The notes below the pieces were generated by a model that was not told the origin of the DNA, did no database searches, and saw only the letters and a list, made by a program, of their open reading frames with translations. The translations under genes and the position numbers were made by a program. Shown here piece by piece: positions 1-16,272 of a stretch of 64,000 bases of DNA (positions are counted from its first letter, which is position 1; each line of letters starts with the position of its first letter). The stretch is from Eledone cirrhosa. Lineage: Eukaryota. The DNA lies in contig OZ024755.1 of NCBI GenBank assembly GCA_964016885.1, forward strand, positions 42,532,001-42,596,000. The letters run 5' to 3'.

Positions 1-320
1 TGATGCGTGCAACAGATTGAGCACTAAACTGCTCCAGTTTACAACAACACACTAGTGTTGATATTAATACTATCACACAAATAAAACTACTATTAATATA
101 CATAGTTAATAAAGAAGCTTCCTTCTTCCTTTTTCTCCAATTTCATATTGGGCTGCTCTGTTGTGAGCTACTATCAACAACCATTCCTGACATTCCAATT
201 TTGTTAATTCAACCTAATTAGTCATTAAATATCTACTCTTCTCTTTGATATACTAGATCTAAACAACAATTGTATGGGTGAAGGGCAGCAATATACATAT
301 TAAGTACAAATACTGCAGTA

Positions 321-989
321 CAGTGAATCTTCACTTATCCGGACGGTCAAAACCAAACAGTTAGAAAAAGATCCGGTTAAGTGAAATATCCGGATAAGTG
401 AATTCTAAAATCCCATTGTTACATAATGCTCATGGTTTCTAATGTTTTGGCTTCTTTTAGTCAAAATAAAAGACAAATGCTAAGTAAAGAAAGTTTATTA
501 GAATAACAAAAGAACAGCTAGAATTTATAAGAAAATTAATTAAACAAACATAAGAATAACTAAAAACTTGGTAAAACTGAATTGAGTCAAACCATAAAAA
601 GTTAGTACTTTTTTAAAAATGAATAAATAGAAGTTTGTTTTCGCGCCGAAGCTCATCGTTCCGCTACCATTTCCCGCTACCATTTCCACACAACAGCTGA
701 ACGGTCAACCACCTCCCCCATGTTCATTGCACGTAAACATGGAATCATTCCCGTGTCCTCTTTTCCGATGAAATCCCGCAGCAATTGTTTTCTGTAAATC
801 CTCTTTAGTGTCTCCAAACCTCCCTGGTCCATTGGCTGAATAAGTGAGGTAACGTTCGCCCGAAGAAATGCTGCCCGAATCTGTCCATCTGCCAAAATCA
901 AGTCCTCCTCATCCGGAGGTAGTATAGAAATAGCCGTCCGGTAAATCGAATTTCGGAAAAGTGATATCCAGATAAGCGAAGATGCACTG
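321..989 (-). mobile_element. Internally deleted pogo/Tigger-like DNA transposon
   Basis: TIRs CAGTGAATCTTCACTTATCCGGA (321-343) and TCCAGATAAGCGAAGATGCACTG (967-989); TA on both sides (319-320, 990-991); ORF 677-901 has the DDE_1-type motif TSLIQPMDQGxxxxLKxxYR. Confidence 0.85.
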
Positions 990-1423
990 TACTTGTATCT
1001 GTGTTCACCCAGGATGCACTGTACTTGTATCTGTGTTCACCCAGGATGCGCTGAACCATCTCCAGTTTGTGAATTCATAGCACCACAAACAAATGCCACC
1101 CATACACGGCAATCACAGATATCGAACATGAATATTATCAGCCACAATTTCAACAGTAGACACTGCAAAGAACCACATATTAGCTTAAGATCACGCTAAT
1201 GCCCATTTTCAACTGTCCACATTGCTGTTTACGCTGCCCTGTGAAGGGCTGTAGCACAACTACATCATGGATGAATTCATTCATCTCATGTGTGACGATG
1301 TAGGCACTTTTTCAGTTGTTGGAAGGAAAGAATCTGGCAGCAAAGATGAATTTCAGAGTTTCACACAAAATCCAAAGCTCGGACACGGCAGAAAGGAAAC
1401 TGGTCCAAAACATCCATAAATCT

Positions 1424-1608
1424 GTCACTGACTGTCTACATTTCACGTCACTCTGACCATGTCACTCTGACTGGCTACATTTCATGTCACTCTGACTGGC
1501 TACATTTCATGTCACTCTGACTGGCTACATTTCATGTCACTCTGACTGGCTACATTTCACGTCACTCTGACCATGTCACTCTGACTGGCTACATTTCATG
1601 TCACTCTG
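1424..1608. repeat. ~25-bp minisatellite (TGTCACTCTGACTGGCTACATTTCA)
   Basis: About 6-7 direct tandem copies visible. Confidence 0.9.
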
Positions 1609-4167
1609 TGGTGTTAATGCTAGACAGAGAAGGTGGTGTTAATGAATGATTGATAGATCATAGCTGGCTTTGTAATATGGCGGATACAGAAAGAGATATT
1701 CTAGGTAAACACTATAGGGTCTTGCATGAATATATTGAGTGGGAAAAACTTTTAGGTAAATATAAATTAAATGTGTTTGTATTTATCTAAAATCCTTCCA
1801 TCATAATTTTGTGTAAGAACCTTTTTTAAGTTATGGTCCAAACAACAGCCTAAGAAATTTAGTTATATTACTAAATCCTTCCAAATTCTTGTTTATTTTC
1901 AAAATTAATTGCATATCCTAAGCAGTGTCTTTTATTAGAAATATGGGAACAAAATGGTTAAGTTAATGCTTGGAATACAAGAAAAGTTTCTTAGACAACA
2001 CTACATTGATATGTCAAGACTTAAATATGAACAGTATACATTGAAAGGTTTTGTTTCATGAAATCAAAGGTAGTTGGGTTGGGTTAGTATAAAAATGGAT
2101 ACATATATGTTGGATTACTTGTACAACAACACAACAAACGTTATAAGACCATTTTCTCAGCTCAAGTAGAGGTTAATCTTGCAAACCCCATGACAAGGTT
2201 CATACTAATTGTGCGGTCCGTCTAAAATCTGTCTCGCCCCCAGAGGCTCATCAGGCCAGAGTTTATCCCAGTTTCCATAGCATGAAGTGGCTGAGAGTAC
2301 ATGACTCCCCCCTGAAAAGGACGCTGGTTCTTCTTTTCAGCTGAGTATAATGGAGCAGCATGAAATGAAGTTTTTTGCTCAAGAACACAACACAGGAATT
2401 GAACTCCCTTTTTGCAGTAATGTTTTATGGCCAGATGCTCTTTCTGGCACCAACCAATTTAGTCACCTCAGAGATTCAGTGTACCTGTTCCATACAAGTA
2501 ACGTCAGATTACTTACAGGCTTATTTTCATTAGAAAGTAGCAAAAGTAACAAGTGGAAAGTGTAAAGATTTCTGTGAATATCAAGCAATTAAGTTAGATT
2601 TTCTTCTGTGAGTCATTTACTTTGAGATTATAGTGAAGATATATAAGACTTAGTTGGCTGGAATGGAATGGCAAGTAGAAGAAACTAAACAGGAAGACCT
2701 AGGAAAACCTAATGAAAGCTGAGTTTAGGATCTCAGGCTATAGAAGTCACTTGCCCACTGTGCCATGCAATGGAACTTGAACTGAAACCTCTCTATATAT
2801 AACCTGAAACCTGAGAGAGAAAGATTGTGTGCTCATGCACGGAGATGCTATAAAATCACCTTTATGTGTGTGAGCTTGCATGCGCGTGTAAGCATGTGTT
2901 ATCAAAATACTAAATAGGGACATCTAATGGCGTTACAGTTGTTGTAAGTCCAACACCCTAACCTAAGCCCCACACCTTCACATGGTTGTACGCCTGATAA
3001 AAGAACAAACAAGGAAATTGATTAGATAAAAATAACCAGAGAAACAGAAATCTTTTGAGTACCACAAGATAGGATTTAGTTCTTAGTTAAGCATTTTTTG
3101 CCAAGTTCATATTTTGCTGTAAACTCCTTGAGCCATTTATAATTTAAATCCTCAGCTCAAATTTGTCTTTCATTTTTCCAAGATCAATAAATTAAAGTAC
3201 TAGTCAAGTTGTGTCCTTGAGCAAGACACTTTATTTCATGTTGCACTAGTTCATTCAACTGCAGAAATGAGTTTCCATGCCATTGGTGCCAAACTGTATT
3301 GGCCTTTACCATTCCATTGGATAACATTGTATATAGTGTGTGTATTGTAACGCCACTGGAGCCAAGCTGAATCGGCCATTGCCTTTCCTTTGGACAACAT
3401 CAGTGGTGTGGAGTGGGGAGACTGGTATGCATGGGCAATTTTTGGTCTTCTACATCCTTGCTCAGACTTGTGCCTCGGAAGGGAACTTTTCTGATGCAAA
3501 TCCCATGGTCACTCATGACCAAAGGTCTCTGCCCTTGTCAAGTACTGGGTTTGATTTCATCACCTAACTCAACCCCACAAATTTGTGACCTAATGCCAGT
3601 TAGAAATCATGGGATTAGAGCCATCTTAACAGGATTATAGGCAATGGGTTCCATGTGTTAAGACAGTACTAGATGAGATATTTCATATGTATTGAATATA
3701 TATTTATTTCTTCCTCTAAAAGATGTGAAAAATAGTTGATGTACCTTGATGACTACATAGGAAATCTTAGGGGAAAATGTTGGTGACTGAAATTGTATAA
3801 CAGGAAATGAAGGCACAAGCATGTGTACATATACACACATATGTATAAAGAGTGGGTGTGTCTATGAATGTGTGTGAATATGTATGTGTGTGAGTGTATG
3901 TATATGTGAGTGTGTGTGTGCATGTACATATACACACACATGTACAAAGTAAGAGTAGGTGTGTTTGCGTTACAATTATAATGCTAATAATAGCCTGATT
4001 TTTATTTGTCATGCGAGAATAAGCTGAAAAATGTGACCAAAAGGGAGCGAGTTACATTGCTTTACTAGTGGGATGGGTGTATTACACTGACCTCTCCCTC
4101 ACTTCACAGTAAGATATGAACTTTTTAGAGCAGATATAGAACTTGAAATCGTCAGAAACATCATGCA

Positions 4168-4199
<32 letters not shown>

Positions 4200-4289
4200 A
4201 GAAAGAGGGTGTAGTAAGATACCAGGTAGACCATAACGCACCAGAGTATTCATTACTTAGAGTATACTCTACGTATAAAAAAAAAAAGG

Positions 4290-4498
4290 ATCGATCGACT
4301 TTCGTCCAATCGGACCAAGGAAACAATGTTTCCATCGGTCTTTCCAGTTGCAAATATTATCTATCGGTCGCAACTCCAGGTAGAAGGAGCAACCTGAAAT
4401 AAAGTGTCTTGCTCAAGGACATAACGCATTGCCCAGTCCAGGAATCGAACTCAACCTCTCGATTGTGAATTCAATTCTCTAACCAGTCAGCCACACAC
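4290..4498 (-). mobile_element. tRNA-derived SINE
   Basis: Minus strand has an A box (TGGCTGACTGG), a B box (GAGTTCGATTCC) and body TGTCCTTGAGCAAGACACTTTATTTC; related copies at ~20495-20715 and ~29025-29210. Confidence 0.7.
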
Positions 4499-4522
4499 CA
4501 TCACTATATATATATATTATAT

Positions 4523-4700
4523 ATAATATAAAATCAAAAGATGGTTAAAAGAGTTCCATGTATTTTAATAAAATACATGGAACTCTTTTAACCATCTTTT
4601 GATTTTATATTATTTATACTCCAGTTCTATGAACTGTTGAGTGCTACTTATCCGATATTTGCATTGCTTTATTGTGCTACAATAAAACTCACCTCCTACA
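4523..4700. mobile_element. Solo Penelope-like terminal (pLTR) fragment with perfect 45-bp fold-back
   Basis: Perfect inverted repeat 4523-4567/4569-4613; right arm matches the PLE 3' end 12819-12862, and its distal part (~4632-4700) matches the reverse complement of 10831-10899. Confidence 0.8.
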
Positions 4701-6284
<1,584 letters not shown>

Positions 6285-6421
6285 TATATATATATGGTTC
6301 GTTAGAATTATTGAGCGCTTGCCACACATCTCGGAAGTTGTTTTTCGCTAATTTCCAAAAGCCGAAATACGATTCTCGCTAATTTATATTTGTATATTTA
6401 TATATATATATATATATATAT

Positions 6422-8197
6422 TATGAGAGACTGATGAATGTGGAGAACGAATGGGAGAGAGAGAAATTACCCTTGGTGGATCCGACAGAGGGACCAGCTA
6501 TTGAGATTGACGAATATAGGGTCCAAGAGGCGATTAGGGAAATGAAAAATGGTAAGGCTGCCAGACCATCGGGAATAGTTGCTGAGATGCTGAAGGCATC
6601 AGGGGATGTAGGCACTAAACTGGTTGCACGCATCATCAATCAGGCTATATATGGTGGTGTCATACCCAAAGACTGGTGCAGCAGTATTCTCATAAATTGC
6701 TACAAAGGTAAAGGGGATGCTTTGGAGAGGAGCAATTATAGGGGTATAAAACTGATAGATCAGGTTATGAAAGTGGCAGAAAGGATTTTAGCACAACTAA
6801 TTAGAGAAAGGGTCAAACTAGATGAGATGCAGTTTGGTTTTGTGCCTGGGAAGAGTACAACAGATGCCCTCTTCTTGGTGAGACAATTGCAAGAGAGGTT
6901 CTTAGAGAAGAATAAGCCACTATACTTAGCCTTTGTTGACCTAGAGAAGGCCTTTGATAGGGTACCCCGATCTGTCATCTGGTGGTCCCTAAGGAAGCTA
7001 GGTGTTGAAGAATGGCTTGTGAGGACAGTGCAAACTTTGTACAGAGGTACTCTCAGTAAAGTCAGGGTAGAAATGGAGTTTAGTGAGGAATTCCAGATAC
7101 AAGTAGGGGTACATCAGGGTTCGGTCCTCAGCCCGCTCTTGTTCATTATAGTCCTCCAAGCCATAACAGAGGAGTTTAAGACTAGCTGTCCATGGGAACT
7201 TCTCTACGCTGACGATCTGGTTCTTATAGCAGAATCAGTAGAGGAGCTAGAGAATAAATTTCGGCTATGGAAACAGCAGTTGGAAGCAAGAGGACTGAGA
7301 GTGAATCTAGCTAAGACAAAAGTGTTGATGAGTAGAAAAGAGGACAAAACCCTGATTCCGTCAGGGAAATGGCCATGTTCGATATGCAGAAAAGGAACTG
7401 GCATAAATTCTATAAAATGCACACAATGCAGATCCTGGGTACACAAGAGATGTAGCGGGATAGCAGGCAAACTAACAGGTAGGGAGAAATATGTATGCAG
7501 TAGATGTACAGGGAAATTAGACAGTAGAAGTCGCACTGATAGACACATTTTTCAAATGCAAGAGGGCGCTATAGAAGTGATGGATAGCTTCTGGTACCTA
7601 GGAGATCAGATTAGCATGGGAGGAGGGTGTTCCGAGGCCATAATATCTAGAATAAGGACGGGTTGGATGAAGTTTAGGGAGCTGCTTCCTCTGTTGACGA
7701 AGAAGGGTTTCTCCCTGCGTACGAAAGGCCGGTTGTATGATGCCTGTGTGAGGAGCGCGATGCTGCATGGTAGTGAGACATGGGCAGCAACTGCAGAGGA
7801 TATGCGACGGCTGGAGAGAAATGAGGCAAGCATGCTCCATTGGATGTACAGTGTAAATGTGCGTGAACAACCCAGCATAAATGTGTTGAGAGAGAAACTG
7901 TGTCTGAGAGGGATAGAATGTAGTGTACGGGAGAGGAGACTGAGGTGGTTTGGACATGTGATGCGCATGGAGGATGACCGATGGGTGAAGAAGTGCCAGG
8001 AATTGCCAGTTGAAGGAAGACGTGGTAGAGGTAGACCAAGAAAAACATGGGCGGAGGTGGTGAGAACAGACCTCAGATCATTGAAGCTCACGGTGGAGAT
8101 GACGAGGGACCGTGACGAGTGCAGAGATGCTGTGCTGAATAAGACCCGTCCCACCCTTGCAAGCAGGGAAAAGCGGACGTAAAATGATGATGATGAT
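6422..8197 (+). mobile_element. RTE-clade LINE family A, 5'-truncated, inserted in (TA)n
   Basis: Open RT frame; ends CGGACGTAAAA(TGA)n; (TA)n on both sides. Confidence 0.93.
6434..8182 (+). CDS. LINE ORF2 fragment: reverse transcriptase, PHD-like finger and RTE C-terminal domain (no APE endonuclease, 5'-truncated)
   Basis: Motifs [42 protein letters not shown]; C4HC3 finger after the RT core. Confidence 0.9.
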   Translation: MNVENEWEREKLPLVDPTEGPAIEIDEYRVQEAIREMKNGKAARPSGIVAEMLKASGDVGTKLVARIINQAIYGGVIPKDWCSSILINCYKGKGDALERSNYRGIKLIDQVMKVAERILAQLIRERVKLDEMQFGFVPGKSTTDALFLVRQLQERFLEKNKPLYLAFVDLEKAFDRVPRSVIWWSLRKLGVEEWLVRTVQTLYRGTLSKVRVEMEFSEEFQIQVGVHQGSVLSPLLFIIVLQAITEEFKTSCPWELLYADDLVLIAESVEELENKFRLWKQQLEARGLRVNLAKTKVLMSRKEDKTLIPSGKWPCSICRKGTGINSIKCTQCRSWVHKRCSGIAGKLTGREKYVCSRCTGKLDSRSRTDRHIFQMQEGAIEVMDSFWYLGDQISMGGGCSEAIISRIRTGWMKFRELLPLLTKKGFSLRTKGRLYDACVRSAMLHGSETWAATAEDMRRLERNEASMLHWMYSVNVREQPSINVLREKLCLRGIECSVRERRLRWFGHVMRMEDDRWVKKCQELPVEGRRGRGRPRKTWAEVVRTDLRSLKLTVEMTRDRDECRDAVLNKTRPTLASREKRT

Positions 8198-9564
<1,367 letters not shown>

Positions 9565-9862
9565 TCATCATCATCATCATCATCATCATCATTTAACGTC
9601 CACTTTTCCTTGCTTGCAAGGGTGCGACGGGAACTGATTCTGGCTTGATTTCTACAGCTGGATGCCCTTCCTAACACCAACCTCATTTACAGTGAGTGCT
9701 GGGTGCTTTTTTGCCGTGGCACCTCCACGACCACTTTGCAGTGGAATGATAGGGACCCCAGTCATCTCATTTCTACAGCTGAGTAAACTGGAGCAATGTG
9801 AAATAAAGTGTCTTGCTCAAGGAAACAACACATCACCCGGTCTGAGAATTGAACTCACAACC
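9565..9862 (-). mobile_element. SINE with RTE-family-A tail (head partly lost)
   Basis: Tail closely matches LINE A 8145-8197; same family as 18093-18358 and 45362-45708. Confidence 0.8.
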
Positions 9863-10354
<492 letters not shown>

Positions 10355-10899
10355 AAATAAATAAATAGCTTAGAGTTTAGACTCAGAGAGGTCATTTACA
10401 ATCATTTCAGCTCTAGGAATCGCTTCTGAGCAGTATAAATTAATATTTGATGAACATTTACATGTTATAGTTGCAATTGACTAATAAGATCGCTAGAGTG
10501 AAAAATCTTAATTCAACAACATAAGGTCTGCCTGTACGATCTAAAAAATAATAAATCAATACTCACAGACTCATATGGGCAAAAAGCCTTGGTACCTAGA
10601 CACGTTTAAAATTCAAAATACAAACTTTTTCTGCAGATCGGTCAGAACTTCAAACATGTTTCACAAAGGATGGTATAATAGTAAAATAATTAACTAATTA
10701 GCAGTGAGTTAATCAACTTTTTCTGTGTTTATCAATAGGCACCCAGATAAAAATAAAATAACTCAACCTCAGAAAAATATCTAAGGTCTGGTTAGCGTAG
10801 CGAAAATACATATATATACATATATATATATGTAGGAGGTGAGTTTTATTGTAGTACAATAAAGCAATGCAGATATCGGATAAGAAGCACTCTACAGTT

Positions 10900-11763
10900 T
10901 GGTATAATGCTCCTTTCTCCATCTCTATTAATAACAATATTCCTAAATTATTTTTTAGTGCCTTAAATAAATGCTTCCCTCCCTCACATATCTATAGTAA
11001 AATATTTAACAAACACACCATCAAATTTTCGTATTCTACATCCTCCAATATTTCCAACATCATCTCTAAACACAACAACAAAATATTAAATACTAAATCT
11101 CTTCCTTCCAATATTGAATTTCATAATAACAGTAGTAGTACTCCCGACGTCATTGTAAACCCTAGGCTAACTTCTGTAAACCCAAATACAACGTCAAACA
11201 CAACTTCGCTAAATGTTCATAATCCAACTCTAAATCAAGAAACTATTATTCCTATTATTCCTATCGCAAACAACTTCTCCAATCCAATTCCTTCTATAGA
11301 TAACACTAGATCACTCATTAATAATCTCTCTAATTGCAACTGCCGCATTAAAAATAAATGTCCTCTCAACAACCATTGCCTCGATAAAAACTTAATTTAT
11401 GAATGTAAAATTATAACTAGCACCAATTCCTTCACCTATTTTGGCTCCACTTCCACCTCTTTTAAAGCTCGTCTCTATAATCATCATTCATCTTTCAAAT
11501 ACAAACTTAAAAGAACTAACACTGCTCTCTCAGAACTCATATGGTCCTTAAAAGACAAAAACATTAAATATAACATCTTTTGGAAAAAGATTTCTTCTGC
11601 ATCCTCATACTTGAACAGCTCTCTATCTAAAATCTGTAATCTCTGCCTAAATGAAAACTTTACCATTATCTCTAACCTAGATTCTATAATAAATAGACGC
11701 TCAGATTTGTTTTCTATCTGCCTGCATAAATTCCATAGAACTTTTCACAAAGTATACAGTTAA
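10900..11763 (+). CDS. PLE ORF C-terminal fragment: linker, Zn-binding CxC..C..C motif and GIY-YIG endonuclease
   Basis: WYNAPFS..KIFNKHTIKFSYS; CNCRIKNKCPLNNHC; LIY..YFGST..FKARLYNH; TALSELIW; CNLCLNE; IINRRSDL..CLH. Pattern typical of PLE (Neptune-like) GIY-YIG domains. Confidence 0.85.
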   Translation, partial: WYNAPFSISINNNIPKLFFSALNKCFPPSHIYSKIFNKHTIKFSYSTSSNISNIISKHNNKILNTKSLPSNIEFHNNSSSTPDVIVNPRLTSVNPNTTSNTTSLNVHNPTLNQETIIPIIPIANNFSNPIPSIDNTRSLINNLSNCNCRIKNKCPLNNHCLDKNLIYECKIITSTNSFTYFGSTSTSFKARLYNHHSSFKYKLKRTNTALSELIWSLKDKNIKYNIFWKKISSASSYLNSSLSKICNLCLNENFTIISNLDSIINRRSDLFSICLHKFHRTFHKVYS

Positions 11764-12755
11764 TATTCAATTCTTTATCAATTTAGAATCTTTTCTCAAA
11801 GGCACATATACATACACCTCTTTAAAATATACCCATCTACCTTACTTTAAAGGGCATTATACACTCTATAATACTCGTTTACTCATTACCCTCATTCTAT
11901 CTTCTCGTAAAATAATAACATTTGTTTTTGACATTTTGAATATTCATCCGCAATCATTATTATTTTTTCTCTCTATCATAAATCTTTTTAATCTCAATTT
12001 CATCCTTAATTTATTATTATTTTTTTTTCTCCCCATCAACGAACTCATTATTAATACATATCAATTCAATATACAAACTTTAACTTCACATTATTTTTCT
12101 CAAATCCTTCTACACACAAACCTTAACAATTTTTCTCTTCGTTAATTTTGAAATTGCCACAATACATACATTTCTTCTTTTGACGTTAGAATATTCACCC
12201 ACAATTATTATTTTTTTCTCTCTATCTTCATACATAATTTCCCTTCGTTAATTTTCAAATTCCTTTAATTTATACATTATCTTCCAACGGTTCCCAACCT
12301 CTCTATATTAAAACAATATATCTTTTTCTCAGTTATAAAAACTATCTCTTTCTCTCTATCACCCATCTCTCCCTCTCCACCTTCACTCTCATCTCCTCCC
12401 CCCTTTTTTTCATCCTTTCCACCCCACCCCACCCCCCTCCTTAAATAAAATATTTTTTCCTCGCACATATCCTCCCTTCGTTAATTTTCAAATTTTTAAT
12501 TTATACAGTATCTTCCAACGGTTTTCAACCCCTCTATGTAAAAAATATATCTCCTCTCAGTTATAAAAACTATCTCTTTCTCTCTATCACCCATCTCTCC
12601 CTCTCATCTCCTTCCCTTTTCATCATTTCCCCCCCCCCCCTCTCTAAATAAAATATTTTTCCCAATATCACACATCAATCTAAAACCACTTTTCATATGT
12701 TGATTTAAAACTGCACTATCAACAAGTGTTTTTTAGCCTTCATATCATGTTCTCC

Positions 12756-12826
12756 TGTTTTATCTGATGAAAACACAAATATTATTGCTTGATGATGTTT
12801 GTTTTTGAAATGCGCATAATAAAATA
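12756..12826 (+). ncRNA. Type I hammerhead ribozyme (PLE-associated, palindromic stem III)
   Basis: Stem I TGTTTTAT/ATAAAATA; core CTGATGA 12764-12770; ~16-bp stem II with one mismatch and G-U pairs; GAAA 12807-12810; stem III TGCGCA; AUA triplet, predicted cut after 12818. Confidence 0.8.
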
Positions 12827-12862
12827 TATGGAACTCCTTTAACCATCTTTTGATCTTATATT

Positions 12863-13141
12863 ACATATATATATATATACATATATGTATATATATATAT
12901 ACATATATATATATGTATATATATATATATACATATATATATATGTATATATATATATATACATATATATATATGTATATATATATATATACATATATAT
13001 ATATGTATATATATATATACATATATATATATGTATATATATATATATACATATATATGTATATATATATATATATACATATATATGTATATATATATAT
13101 ATATATACATATATATGTATATATATATACATATATATGTA

Positions 13142-13181
<40 letters not shown>

Positions 13182-13493
13182 CATATATATGTATATATAT
13201 ATATACATATATATGTATATATATATATACATATATATGTATATATATATATACATATATATGTATATATATATATACATATATATGTATATATATATAT
13301 ACGTATATATGTATATATATATATACATATATATGTATATATATATATACATATATATGTATATATATATATACATATATATGTATATATATATATACAT
13401 ATATATGTATATATATATATACATATATATGTATATATATATATACATATATATGTATATATATATATACATATGTATATATATATATACATA

Positions 13494-13537
<44 letters not shown>

Positions 13538-13932
13538 CATATGTATATATATATATATATACATATGTATATATATATATATATATACATATGTATATAT
13601 ATATATATATACATATATATGTATATATATATATATACATATATATGTATATATATATACATATATATGTATATATATATATATACATATATATTATATA
13701 TACATATATATGTATATTATATATATATATACATATATATGTATATATATATATATACATATATATGTATATATATATATATACATATATATGTATATAT
13801 ATATATATACATATATATGTATATATATATATACATATATATGTATATATATATATACATATATATGTATATATATATATACATATATATGTATATATAT
13901 ATATATACATATATATGTATATATATATATAC

Positions 13933-13963
<31 letters not shown>

Positions 13964-13980
13964 CATATATATGTATATGT

Positions 13981-14011
<31 letters not shown>

Positions 14012-14012
14012 C

Positions 14013-14043
<31 letters not shown>

Positions 14044-14154
14044 CATATATATGTATATGTATATATATATACATATATATGTATATGTATATATATATGT
14101 ATATGTATATATATATACATATAATACATATATATATATGTATATGTATATATA
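12863..14154. repeat. ~1.3-kb (TA)n tract with alternating CA/TG interruptions
   Basis: Direct reading. Confidence 0.97.
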
Positions 14155-16188
14155 TCATCATCATCATCATCAACGTTTAACGTCCGTGTTCCACGCTTGC
14201 ATGGGTTTGGACGGGGGTAGTCCCACTTGAGGCAAGAGTGATTGTCTTGCTCGCATAGGACTGTCTGGCAGGTTTTCTACAGTTGGATGCCCTTCCTAAC
14301 ACCAACCACATTTACAGTGTGGGTCTGGGAGGTTTTTACCGTGTTGCCTACACGGCCACATTACAGCGTGGACTGTGTGTTTTTTTGTCGTGACACCTAC
14401 ACGATCTCATTTGTTTCGGCCTGGATGGCGCGGCACCAACATAACTTTACATAGAACGGGGGTGGTGTGGATGGGGTGGGGGTGGTGGCGGGACGGGATG
14501 TATATTGTTAGAGATGCCTACTGGCAAGGCGGGTCTTCTCTGTTACTGAGTACCGCCAAAGGTCTCGGTCCAGTGACATTGTCTTGGAGAGGTGTAAGTG
14601 TGTGAGGTCGGAGTTTATCAGCTCATCCCATGTTTTTCTAGGTCTGCCTATTCCGTGGCTACCGTCTATCTTTATTGCCCTGCACTTTGTAATACAGCTA
14701 TCGACTTTCATGCGCATCACGTGTCCATACCAACGCAGCCTTCTCTCGAGTAAACAACATCTGATCCCTCTTATCTCTAATTTTTTCCTTAGTTCGTTTA
14801 TGCTTTGCCGTTCACGTATATTACTGTTACACATCCAGCGGAGCATGCAAGCTTCGTTCCTCTCTAGTCTGCGTATATCCTCTGCACACAATGCCCAGGT
14901 CTCACTACCATGCAACATTGCTGTTCGTATGCAGGCATCGTACAACCTGCCTTTCATTTTTAGGGAGAACCCTTTAGCAGCTAATAGTGGTATAAGCTCT
15001 CTGAACTTTTTCCAACCAGTTCTGACTCTAGCTACAGTACTTTCAGAGCACCCTCCCCCACTGCTGATTTTATCGCCCAGGTAACGGAAGCTGTCCACTA
15101 TTTCTATAGAACCCTCTGCACAATTGAAAGAGCTAGTATTTTGTGGGCACTTGCTGCTACTTATTGCACCAGAACACCGGCCACATGTAAAGTCTATGTT
15201 CTTAGTTAGCTTACCTGTGATCCCACTACATCTTTTATGCACCCATACTTTGCATTTAGGACATAAGATGGAGTTTCTACCTACGCCTTTCCTACATACC
15301 GAGCACGACCATTTCCCAGAAGGGACCGCCGCCTTGTTTTCTTTCCTACAAACTAGAACTTTGGTCTTAGCCAGGTTAATTTTAAGTCCTTTTGACTCTA
15401 GGCCGTGCTTCCATGTTTGGAATTTCTTCTCTAGCTCGGCCATTGATTCCGCTATGAGTGTCAGGTCGTCTGCGTATAGGAGTTCCCATGGGCAGCCTGT
15501 CTTGAACTCCTCTGTTATAGCCTGAAGGGCAATAATAAATAGTAGGGGGCTGAGAACAGAGCCCTGATGGACGCCAACTTTTACGCTAAACTCTTCACTA
15601 TATTCGTTGTTAATTCTAACCTTGCTGACTGTTTCTTTATACATGGCTTGTATAGCCCTCACAAGCCATTCGTCAACGCCTAGTTTTCTAAGAGCCCACC
15701 AGATAATGGAGCGGGGGACTCTGTCGAAGGCTTTCTCCAGGTCGACAAAAGCTAAGTAGAGGGGTTTACCTTTAGCTAGGTACTTCTCCTGTAGTTGTCG
15801 TACTATGAAAAGAGCGTCTGTGGTGCTTTTGCCTGACACAAACCCGAACTGCATTTCATCTAGGTCAATTCTCTCTCTGATTAGTTGCGCTATTACTTTT
15901 TCCGTGACCTTCATGACCTGGTCGATTAATTTAATGCCTCTATAGTTACTCCTATCTAGGGCGTCTCCTTTACCCTTATAACAGTTAACGATGATGCTGC
16001 TATGCCAGTCCTTCGGAACAACCCCATTCTGTACGACTTGGTTAACTATGCGGGTGACCATGGTGTGTCCCACCGTGCCAGATGCCTTCAGCATCTCAGC
16101 AACTATTTCCGAAGGCCCAGCCGCCTTACTCGTCTTCATATCCTTGATTGCCTTACTTATTATACTCCCCTCGACTAACACTGCTGAT
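14155..16188 (-). mobile_element. RTE-clade LINE family B, 5'-truncated, with ~350-bp 3' UTR
   Basis: Open RT frame; (GAT)n tail; flanked by (TA)n. Confidence 0.93.
14508..16187 (-). CDS. LINE ORF2 fragment: RT, PHD-like finger and C-terminal domain
   Basis: [33 protein letters not shown]; the N-terminal YI run of ORF 14508-16814 is microsatellite read-through. Confidence 0.9.
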   Translation of the reverse strand, partial: SAVLVEGSIISKAIKDMKTSKAAGPSEIVAEMLKASGTVGHTMVTRIVNQVVQNGVVPKDWHSSIIVNCYKGKGDALDRSNYRGIKLIDQVMKVTEKVIAQLIRERIDLDEMQFGFVSGKSTTDALFIVRQLQEKYLAKGKPLYLAFVDLEKAFDRVPRSIIWWALRKLGVDEWLVRAIQAMYKETVSKVRINNEYSEEFSVKVGVHQGSVLSPLLFIIALQAITEEFKTGCPWELLYADDLTLIAESMAELEKKFQTWKHGLESKGLKINLAKTKVLVCRKENKAAVPSGKWSCSVCRKGVGRNSILCPKCKVWVHKRCSGITGKLTKNIDFTCGRCSGAISSSKCPQNTSSFNCAEGSIEIVDSFRYLGDKISSGGGCSESTVARVRTGWKKFRELIPLLAAKGFSLKMKGRLYDACIRTAMLHGSETWALCAEDIRRLERNEACMLRWMCNSNIRERQSINELRKKLEIRGIRCCLLERRLRWYGHVMRMKVDSCITKCRAIKIDGSHGIGRPRKTWDELINSDLTHLHLSKTMSLDRDLWRYSVTEKTRLASRHL

Positions 16189-16189
16189 G

Positions 16190-16225
<36 letters not shown>

Positions 16226-16226
16226 C

Positions 16227-16272
<46 letters not shown>

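Larger units (their letters stand above)
10831..12862 (+). mobile_element. 5'-truncated Penelope-like element with inverted pLTR piece at the 5' end and hammerhead-bearing 3' pLTR
   Basis: 10831-10899 is an inverted pLTR end; GIY-YIG ORF fragment; ~1.1-kb 3' UTR with internal duplication (~12236-12470 / ~12474-12660); hammerhead at 12756-12826; (TA)n on both sides. Confidence 0.88.
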
